From: Candidatus Tritonobacter lacicola
Lineage (GTDB): Bacteria; Auribacterota; Tritonobacteria; Tritonobacterales; Tritonobacteraceae
Assembly (NCBI GenBank): GCA_030765135.1
Contig: JAVCDC010000020.1
Location: forward strand, 10,916-74,915
DNA: 64,000 nucleotides
Direction: 5' to 3'
How positions within the stretch are numbered: position 1 is the stretch's first letter; every line of letters begins with the position of its first letter. The translations under genes and the position numbers were made by a program. Below the pieces are notes generated by a model, which had not been told where the DNA came from, searched no databases, and saw only the letters and a program-made list of their open reading frames with translations. This document shows, one piece after another, positions 19,243 through 25,964 of the stretch.

Positions 19243-19557
19243 ATGCTCATCGGCAAGGTCGTTGGAACCCTCGTTTCGACTCATAAAGAGGAGAAGCTCA
19301 AGGGGCTTAAGTTCTACGTTCTCCAGAAGCTTGACATGCGCGGCAAGCCCGAAGGCGGTTACGTCGTTGCCGTGGACGCCGTGGGGTCGGGAGAGGGAGA
19401 GTACGTCATCTACGCCTCGGGAAGCTCCGCCCGCTACACGCGGCAGACCGAGGGCAAACCAGCCGACGCCGCAATCACCGGCATCATCGACACATGGGAT
19501 GTGGACGGCGCCGTGCAGTACGACAAGAGCAAAGACGAGGCGCGAAAGGGACGGTAA
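19243..19557 (+). CDS. BMC-P pentameric vertex protein (EutN/CcmL/PduN family)
   Basis: MLIGKVVGTLVSTHKEEKLKGLKFYVLQ...VVAVDAVGSGEGEYV matches the PF03319 pattern. 104 aa. Confidence 0.9.
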   Translation: MLIGKVVGTLVSTHKEEKLKGLKFYVLQKLDMRGKPEGGYVVAVDAVGSGEGEYVIYASGSSARYTRQTEGKPADAAITGIIDTWDVDGAVQYDKSKDEARKGR

Positions 19558-19572
19558 CGACGGGGGAGAGAA

Positions 19573-21015
19573 ATGCAGGTTTCTGAAGAACAGGTCAAGG
19601 CCATCGTCGAAAACGTCCTCCGGAAGCTGGCGGGGGCGGATCCATCCGTGGCCGCTCCAGAGAAGGAAGAGGCACCTATTGACGCGGGCGAGGGAATAGT
19701 CGCGGACATAGACGAAGCCATGCGCCGCGCCCGGCGCGCCCACGAGGAACTCGTCGCGCAGACACTCGAGACGCGCGTCGGGATGATAGCTGCGATACGG
19801 GAGACGGTAAAGAAGAATGTCGAGCTCATCTCGAAGGCAGCCTTGGAGGAGACCGGCATGGGGCGCGTGGAGGACAAAATCAAGAAGAACCTCCTCGTCG
19901 CCAGGGCGACGCCCGGCATAGAGGACATCCCGCCCACCACCTACACCGGCGACCACGGCCTCACGCTTGTAGAGAGGGCCCCCTACGGGGTGATCGCGGC
20001 GATAACGCCATGCACCAACCCCACAGAGACCATCATCTGCAACGGCATCGGCATGATCGCGGCCGGCAACGCCGTCGTCTTCAACGTCCACCCGTCGGCC
20101 AAGGCCGTCTCGGCGATGATGGTCAAGCTGCTTAACGAGGCGATACTGGCCGCGGGAGGGCCGCGCAACCTGCTCAACTGCATCGCCAACCCGACCCAGG
20201 AGACGGCCCAGGCACTGATGAAACACACCGGCGTCGACCTGCTGGTGGTGACGGGCGGCGGGGGCGTCGTGAAGGCGGCGATGAACAGCGGCAAGAAGGT
20301 AATCGCGGCTGGTCCCGGCAACCCTCCGGTGGTCGTCGACGAGACAGCGGATATAGAGAAGGCGGGACGGGACATAGTGGCGGGAGCGTCACTCGACAAC
20401 AATATCATCTGCGTTGACGAGAAGGAGGTCATCGTGGTCGAGAGCGTCGCCGACCAGCTCAAGGCCGCGATGTGCCGCAACGGCGCACACGAGCTGACGA
20501 AGAAAGCCGACATCGACCGCCTGACGAACCTCGTGATCAAAGAGAGGAACAACCCGCCGCAAGAGAGCGTGATCAACAAGAAGTACGTGGGAAAAAATCC
20601 CAGCGTCATACTGGCTGATATCGGCATCTCCGTCGGAGACGACGTGCGGCTCGTCCTGATAGACGTGGACAGGAACCACCCTCTCGTCTGGACCGAGCAG
20701 CTCATGCCGGTCATGCCGCTGGTGAGGGTCCGGGACGTCGACGAGGGCATCGACCTCGCGCTGGAAGCCGAGCACGGCTACAGGCACACGGCCTCCATGT
20801 TCTCGCGGAACATAGAAAAGCTGAGCAAGATGGCCAGGCTCGTCAACACATCGATATTCATCAAGAACGGACCCAACTACGCCGGGCTCGGCGCCGGCGG
20901 GGAAGGGTACACTTCCTTCACCATAGCCAGCCCGACCGGGGACGGCCTGACGTCGACGAAGACATTCACGCGCTGGCGGCGCTGCACACTCGTCGATTAC
21001 TTCAGAATCGTATGA
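19573..21015 (+). CDS. CoA-acylating aldehyde dehydrogenase (EutE/PduP family) with N-terminal encapsulation-peptide-like helix
   Basis: Catalytic-region motifs ITPCTNPTETIICNGIGMIAAGNAVVFNVHPSAKA and VTGGGGVV...GPGNPPVVVDETADIEKA. N-terminal amphipathic segment QVSEEQVKAIVENVLRKLAG followed by a poorly conserved acidic linker. Confidence 0.9.
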   Translation: MQVSEEQVKAIVENVLRKLAGADPSVAAPEKEEAPIDAGEGIVADIDEAMRRARRAHEELVAQTLETRVGMIAAIRETVKKNVELISKAALEETGMGRVEDKIKKNLLVARATPGIEDIPPTTYTGDHGLTLVERAPYGVIAAITPCTNPTETIICNGIGMIAAGNAVVFNVHPSAKAVSAMMVKLLNEAILAAGGPRNLLNCIANPTQETAQALMKHTGVDLLVVTGGGGVVKAAMNSGKKVIAAGPGNPPVVVDETADIEKAGRDIVAGASLDNNIICVDEKEVIVVESVADQLKAAMCRNGAHELTKKADIDRLTNLVIKERNNPPQESVINKKYVGKNPSVILADIGISVGDDVRLVLIDVDRNHPLVWTEQLMPVMPLVRVRDVDEGIDLALEAEHGYRHTASMFSRNIEKLSKMARLVNTSIFIKNGPNYAGLGAGGEGYTSFTIASPTGDGLTSTKTFTRWRRCTLVDYFRIV

Positions 21016-21018
21016 GAT

Positions 21019-21140
21019 AAATTTGCTCGCTTCGCTCGCAAATTTATTACGGAACCACGGATTAAACTGATTAGACAGATTATCTTGGAGTATTATAAAA
21101 GTTTTTTTTAATCAGTCTAATCCGTAAAATCCGCGGTTAA
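21019..21140 (+). terminator. Two consecutive hairpin elements between the aldehyde dehydrogenase and the PduS-like gene (putative attenuator or partial terminator inside the BMC operon)
   Basis: Hairpin 1: aaatttgc - tcgcttcgctc - gcaaattt (21019-21045). Hairpin 2: about 30-bp imperfect arms acggattaaactgattagacagattat / ataatcagtctaatccgtaaaatccgcgg (21058-21136), followed by ttaatatttt. Both belong to families seen elsewhere in the window. Confidence 0.45.
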
Positions 21141-21181
21141 TATTTTGGTCCGGTGCGCGAAGAGAACGGTGAGGAACGGGA

Positions 21182-22504
21182 ATGGACCTCGTTAGGAAGG
21201 TTTGGGAGGCGGGCGTGGTGGGCGCCGGGGGGGCAGGTTTCCCCACGTGGAAGAAGATCGACGCTCAGGTCGACACCGTAATCGCAAACGGCGCCGAATG
21301 CGAGCCACTCCTGAGGAACGACCGTAACCTCATGGCCGCCAGGGCGAAAGACGTGGTCAGGGGAATGGAGCTCGTCATCTCCTCCATGAATGCAAAGGAG
21401 GGGATCATAGGCCTGAAGAAGAAGTACGCTAAGGCCGTCGCCGCATTCAAAAACGAGCTAAAGGGCAGGGAGAACATCAGGCTCCACCTTCTTAATAGCG
21501 TATACCCCGCAGGAGACGAGTTCGTCCTCGTTTACGAGGTCACCGGCAAAGTCGTGCCCGAGCAGGGCATACCCCTGGACGTGGGAGTGGTCGTCAGCAA
21601 CGTCGAGACGTTCGCGAACATCGCGGCAGCCGCCGATAAGGGCGCAAGCGTGATCTCCCGGTTCGTGACCGTGACGGGCGCGGTGAAGGAGCCGAAAACG
21701 GTCATCGCCCCCATCGGCATGCCCCTGTCGGAGCTCATCGCCGCCGCGGGAGGGACGCACCTCGACGACTACGTCATCCTCACGGGCGGCCCAATGATGG
21801 GGACCATCGAGAACGACCCCGCAACCCCGGTGTCGAAGACGACGACCAGCATCATCATCCTGCCCCCGGACAACCCGACTGTGGTAAGGAAGACGCGGCC
21901 GCTTTCCATAGATATCAACAGAACGAAAGCCATGTGCTGCCAGTGCAACTACTGCACGATGATATGCCCCAGGGCGATGCTGGGCCACAGCCTGAAACCA
22001 CACATTATAATGAGGTCGATCAACCTCGGCCTCCCCTCTCCCGCGACAAACGTTACAATGGCCGCCCTCTGCTGCAACTGCGACCTCTGCGGCGTTTACT
22101 CCTGCCCAATGTGCCTCCCGGTCGGCAGGATCAATGTGGAAATCACCGATACCATGTCGGAAATGGGGTGGAAGCCCGCCCCGCGGACGGAGGAGCCCTC
22201 CCCCCACCCCATGAGGGAGTACAGGCTGGTGCCCGTGAGCAGGCTCACCATGAGGCTCGGACTGTCCGATTACGACCGGGACGCCCCGCTCGACAGCAGA
22301 AAGCTCAAAACCGGGAGGGTCCGCATTCCTCTCAAACAGCACATCGGCAAACCGGCGGCGCCCATCGTGAAGAAGGGCGACACGGTCAAAGCCGGCCAGC
22401 TCATCGGCGACCTCGAATGGGGGACGATGGGGGCGCGGGTGCACGCGTCTATAAACGGCGTCGTCGCTCGCGTCGACGACGAGGTAATCATAGAAGCGAG
22501 GTAA
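21182..22504 (+). CDS. PduS-like RnfC-family flavoprotein with two 4Fe-4S ferredoxin motifs (BMC-associated NADH-dependent electron-transfer protein)
   Basis: GAGGAGFPT glycine-rich loop typical of the RnfC/NuoF/PduS family. Two Cys clusters: CCQCNYCTMICP and CCNCDLCGVYSCPMC. 440 aa. Confidence 0.75.
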   Translation: MDLVRKVWEAGVVGAGGAGFPTWKKIDAQVDTVIANGAECEPLLRNDRNLMAARAKDVVRGMELVISSMNAKEGIIGLKKKYAKAVAAFKNELKGRENIRLHLLNSVYPAGDEFVLVYEVTGKVVPEQGIPLDVGVVVSNVETFANIAAAADKGASVISRFVTVTGAVKEPKTVIAPIGMPLSELIAAAGGTHLDDYVILTGGPMMGTIENDPATPVSKTTTSIIILPPDNPTVVRKTRPLSIDINRTKAMCCQCNYCTMICPRAMLGHSLKPHIIMRSINLGLPSPATNVTMAALCCNCDLCGVYSCPMCLPVGRINVEITDTMSEMGWKPAPRTEEPSPHPMREYRLVPVSRLTMRLGLSDYDRDAPLDSRKLKTGRVRIPLKQHIGKPAAPIVKKGDTVKAGQLIGDLEWGTMGARVHASINGVVARVDDEVIIEAR

Positions 22505-22521
22505 AAATCGGAGAGCAATCC

Positions 22522-23070
22522 ATGGAACCGGCAATAGGGATTATAGAATTCAACAGTATCGCGGGGGGCATCTACGCCACGGACGCCATGGCCAAAAAGG
22601 CGCCGGTCGAGATAGTCGACTCGAAATCGATCTGCCCCGGAAAATACATGATCCTCATAACGGGCGCCGTCGCTGACGTAGACGAGTCGCTCAGGGCGGG
22701 CATCAAGGCCGGCGCGGAGACGGTGACCGACCACTTTTTCATCCCGAACGTCCACCCCCAGGTGATCCCCGCCATACTGGCCGCCACTCCTTTCGAGGAG
22801 ATGAAGGCCATCGGCGTGATCGAGACCTTCTCCGTTCCTTCCACCATAATCGCCGCAGATGCCGCAGCGAAAGCCGCGGATATTAACCTCATAGAGCTGC
22901 GGCTGGCCAACGGCCTCGGCGGGAAGAGCTACCTGACCCTCACCGGTGAACTGCACGATGTGGAGGTCGCCGTCGACGCAGGAGTCGGGGCTATAAAGGA
23001 GATAGGAGCGCTCGTCAGAAAGGTCGTGATAGCCAGGCCGAGGGTGGACCTGGCAAAGTTCCTGGCCTAG
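22522..23070 (+). CDS. PduT-like tandem-BMC shell protein (BMC-T) with conserved pore Cys38 (Fe-S cluster ligand in PduT)
   Basis: The true start is the ATG at 22522 (RBS-like gagagc upstream); the six-frame ORF track extends it spuriously back to 21934 across the PduS gene. Two BMC domains (AIGIIEFNSIAGG... and AIGVIETFSVPST...). SKSICPGKY aligns with Salmonella PduT SKTICPGKF. Confidence 0.8.
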   Translation: MEPAIGIIEFNSIAGGIYATDAMAKKAPVEIVDSKSICPGKYMILITGAVADVDESLRAGIKAGAETVTDHFFIPNVHPQVIPAILAATPFEEMKAIGVIETFSVPSTIIAADAAAKAADINLIELRLANGLGGKSYLTLTGELHDVEVAVDAGVGAIKEIGALVRKVVIARPRVDLAKFLA

Positions 23071-23841
23071 ATGAAGTCGGAGAGGGAAATAAGAAACGAC
23101 ATAGTGTCCGTCTGCCACATGATGTGGCAGAAGGGCTTCGTCGCCGCGACCGACGGAAACGTCAGCGTCAGGACCGGGAAAGACAGGATCCTCTGCACGC
23201 CCAGCGGCCTCAGCAAGGGCCTCGTTCAAGCCCGCGACCTGGTCGTGACCGACATGAGCGGGAAGAAGCTCACCGGGGAGAAGGACGTCACGAGCGAGAT
23301 CCTCTTGCACCTGGAGGTATACCGGCGGCGCGACGACGTAGCCGCCGTCGTTCACGCTCACCCGCCGATGGCGACCGCGTTTTCAATAGCCGGCGTCTCC
23401 CTCGCCCAGTGCGTCATCCCCGAGGTCGTCCTGACAATGGGCGCCATCCCGACGTCCGAATACGCGACGCCCAGCTCCGGCGAGGGGCCTTCCGCCGTGA
23501 GCGACCTGATAACACGGTGCGACGCACTCATCCTGGACCGCCACGGGTCGCTGACAGTGGGGCCTGACGTATTTTCAGCTTATCTCAAGCTCGAAAAAGT
23601 CGAGCATTGCGCCCAGGTGACGTTAGCGGCGCGGCAGCTCGGAAAAGTCAGGACCCTTTCGCCTGAGCAGGTCAACAAGCTCGTAGCCCTGCGAAGGGAC
23701 ATGGGCATCGGCGGCAAGACAATAGAGTGCAACAACTGCGGCATCTGCACAATCGAGGAGGGAGAAAAAGGTCAGAGCGACCTCATAGAAAAACTGGTGG
23801 CAGAGGCAATACAATCAATAGGGCTCGAAAAGAAGGAATAG
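23071..23841 (+). CDS. Class II aldolase/adducin-family protein (L-fuculose-/L-rhamnulose-1-phosphate aldolase-like) with a C-terminal extension of about 45 aa
   Basis: Class II aldolase core motifs (DGNVSVR, HLEVYRRRDDVAAVVHAHPP, zinc-ligand His). The start codon abuts the PduT-like stop. C-terminal tail GGKTIECNNCGICTIEEGEKGQSDLIEKLVAEAIQSIGL. Confidence 0.85.
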   Translation: MKSEREIRNDIVSVCHMMWQKGFVAATDGNVSVRTGKDRILCTPSGLSKGLVQARDLVVTDMSGKKLTGEKDVTSEILLHLEVYRRRDDVAAVVHAHPPMATAFSIAGVSLAQCVIPEVVLTMGAIPTSEYATPSSGEGPSAVSDLITRCDALILDRHGSLTVGPDVFSAYLKLEKVEHCAQVTLAARQLGKVRTLSPEQVNKLVALRRDMGIGGKTIECNNCGICTIEEGEKGQSDLIEKLVAEAIQSIGLEKKE

Positions 23842-23881
23842 AAAAAGGTTCGCAGATTACCCGAAATATGAGGCAGGAGAT

Positions 23882-24163
23882 ATGACCGAAAAGAAAAAAG
23901 GAAAAGCGGAGAACCAGAAAACCGAATATCCCGAGGTAATGACCATAGAACAGCTCTCCGGCTACCTCCAGCTTCACAAACAGGTTATTTACCGCCATAT
24001 CAGGAGCGGCAACATTCCCGTCAGCAGGATCGGCGCAACGATCCGTTTTAAGAAGTCGGTCATCGACGAGTGGCTCGAGGACTCCGCGCTCCGGAGCCTT
24101 CAAAAATCCAGGGAAGCGAAAAGAGAGGTATCCTATCCATCGTTTAATCCCGAAGAGGACTGA
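23882..24163 (+). CDS. Stand-alone excisionase/MerR-family HTH DNA-binding protein
   Basis: MTIEQLSGYLQLHKQVIYRHIRSGNIPVSRIGATIRFKKSVIDEWL matches the excisionase-family DNA-binding domain. Same domain type as the N-terminus of the 2341-2934 protein. 93 aa. Confidence 0.65.
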   Translation: MTEKKKGKAENQKTEYPEVMTIEQLSGYLQLHKQVIYRHIRSGNIPVSRIGATIRFKKSVIDEWLEDSALRSLQKSREAKREVSYPSFNPEED

Positions 24164-24311
24164 ACTTCTCCTTCCCGCTCTTCTGGCAGCCTGCCTGGCC
24201 GCCGGATGCGCCTCCACAACGGCAGTAAAGATCCCCCCCCCGAAGAAGGCCATCCGGATCGACGACCCGTCCCGGTTCGCGGGCAAGGAGTGGTTCTGGG
24301 GAGTCTACATC

Positions 24312-24884
24312 ATGGGCAAGAGGGTGGGCTATTCCTACCTTAACATCAAGCGCGCCCCTTCAATGAGAGACGCCCTGAAAATAACGTCCGGCCTCAAGCT
24401 GGACGAGATAATCAAGCGCGAGGAATACCAGGTCGACTACACGCGGACCGACCTGACGCTCCTGAAGTCGGAGTACAGCCGGAAATCCAACGGGGACGCG
24501 ATTCGGGTAATCACGGTTGCCCGGCCCGGCAGGCTGGAGATAGAGACAACGACAATGGAGACATCGACCTGGAAGACAAGAAAGCTTACCCACTCGGTAT
24601 ACCCCTCGAGCGTTATAAATCTGCTTCCGCTGGTTCAGGGTCTCCGGGTAGACAACAGCTACCGCTATCCTGTCTTCATGCCGTCAACCGGCTCTGTTGA
24701 AACGGTAAGGCAACGTGTTAAATCCTGCGAGAGGCTCGAGGAGTTCGGAAGGCCGGCCTTCAGGCTGACAACGAAGCTCAAGGGGCGGAAAACCCAATCC
24801 TGGATCGACGCGAGGGGAAACATGCTGAAGGAGAAGGGGGATTTCGGAATCTTCTCCATGTCGCTCGTCCTGGAGAATCCATAA
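24312..24884 (+). CDS. Hypothetical protein; reading frame is open upstream to 23949 and encodes a lipoprotein signal peptide (LLPALLAACLAAGC) without a canonical start codon
   Basis: First ATG at 24312. In-frame upstream translation gives PKRTELLLPALLAACLAAGCASTTAVKIPPPKK. A C9 homopolymer lies at 24233-24241 inside this extension. Confidence 0.45.
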   Translation: MGKRVGYSYLNIKRAPSMRDALKITSGLKLDEIIKREEYQVDYTRTDLTLLKSEYSRKSNGDAIRVITVARPGRLEIETTTMETSTWKTRKLTHSVYPSSVINLLPLVQGLRVDNSYRYPVFMPSTGSVETVRQRVKSCERLEEFGRPAFRLTTKLKGRKTQSWIDARGNMLKEKGDFGIFSMSLVLENP

Positions 24885-24890
24885 CAAGCA

Positions 24891-25012
24891 CTTATCCCGG
24901 CTTCGCCGGGGACTTTTGCCACTAAGACACTAAGGCACAAAGAATAATTATTATTAGCTTTTCTTCGTGTCTTCGTGCCTTTGTGGCTAGTCTAAATAAC
25001 AAATTCTTATAC
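24891..25012. repeat. Dispersed repeat of about 120 bp, copy 1 (copy 2 at 38549-38670), about 90 percent identical
   Basis: cttatcccggcttcgccggggactttTgccactaagacacTaaggcacaaagaataattattattagcttttcttcgtGtcttcgTgcctttgtggctagtCtaaataacaaatTc; capitals mark differences from copy 2. It starts with a GC hairpin cccggc-ttc-gccggg and has an AT-rich core taattattattagc. Confidence 0.7.
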
Positions 25013-25723
25013 GATCAAATTACTAGAGGTTACGAAGGGTTACAAAACTTGAAGATACACAAGATTACGGCCCTTCTTGAGAATGAATACGGTCGTCCGA
25101 AACAGCGGCAGCGCACGGGCCTCCTGGACCAGCTCGTCTCGACCATCCTGTCACAGAACACGACCGACACCAACAGGGACAGGGCATTCGGCAACCTTAA
25201 AAAGAAATTTCCCGACCTCATGTCCATCGCCTCCTCATCCCCGGAGGCAATAGAGAAAGCAATACGGGTCGGCGGCCTCGCGCGAATTAAAAGCCGCCGG
25301 ATATACTCGATTATCCTGTCGTTGAAGCGCTCGAAAGCGGGCTCCGATCTCGGGCTCGGGAAAGGAATGGACAGGGACGCGGTCAGGAAGCATCTCATGT
25401 CCTTCGAGGGCGTGGGAAGAAAGACGGCTGACTGCGTCCTTCTCTTCGGGATGGGACGGGACGCCTTCCCGGTGGACACCCACGTCCACCGCGTTTCGCG
25501 GCGCCTCGGCCTGGTTCGCCATCGCATATCCCCCGAGGAGGCTGCCGGAGTCCTGGAAGGGGAAGTCCCCCCGGGACATCATTACAGCCTGCACATCAAC
25601 CTGATCCGCCACGGCCGGAGGATCTGCCGCCCCAGAAACCCAAAATGCGCCGAATGCTGCCTCCGCCGCCTCTGTGAGAATAACCCCACACTTACGTGTG
25701 GGGAATGGATACCACACGCGTGA
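24983..25723 (+). CDS. nth: Endonuclease III-like base-excision DNA glycosylase (HhH-GPD superfamily with C-terminal 4Fe-4S cluster loop)
   Basis: LDQLVSTILSQNTTD; helix-hairpin-helix FEGVGRKTADCVLLFG with the catalytic Asp region (PVDTHVHRVSRRLGL). C-terminal CRPRNPKCAECCLRRLC (C-x6-C-x2-C-x5-C). The annotated GTG start at 24983 lies inside the 120-bp repeat; an in-frame TTG at 25049 is a more plausible start. Confidence 0.8.
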   Translation: MASLNNKFLYDQITRGYEGLQNLKIHKITALLENEYGRPKQRQRTGLLDQLVSTILSQNTTDTNRDRAFGNLKKKFPDLMSIASSSPEAIEKAIRVGGLARIKSRRIYSIILSLKRSKAGSDLGLGKGMDRDAVRKHLMSFEGVGRKTADCVLLFGMGRDAFPVDTHVHRVSRRLGLVRHRISPEEAAGVLEGEVPPGHHYSLHINLIRHGRRICRPRNPKCAECCLRRLCENNPTLTCGEWIPHA

Positions 25724-25964
25724 GCGTGTGGAGGAAAGATCAGCGAATGAGCGCGGGCGGCCCCATCAAGGGTCGAGTACAGCAATCCAAGGCGGCAATC
25801 GAGGTTACTAAGAGGTTACCAAAGGAGTTTCCACACTCACTGCGTTCGTTGTTACTAATTCCGGCTGCTCTTTAAGCAACCGGCCGAAGGACGTAGTAAC
25901 CATTAGTAACAGATCGAAGAGCGTAGCAACCTTTCGTAACTGAAATAAGGGCCCTGCCCTTATT

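Noticed and set aside
21934-22521. N-terminal 196-codon extension of the PduT-like gene in the ORF track
   Set aside because: It overlaps the PduS-like gene in another frame with junk composition. A clean ATG with an RBS-like sequence at 22522 gives a 182-aa product matching PduT length and N-terminus.
23882-24163. Prophage or integrative-element interpretation of the two excisionase-family HTH genes
   Set aside because: No integrase, recombinase, att-like direct repeats, phage structural genes or tRNA-adjacent insertion signature are present. One copy is fused to a receiver domain, indicating a regulatory role.
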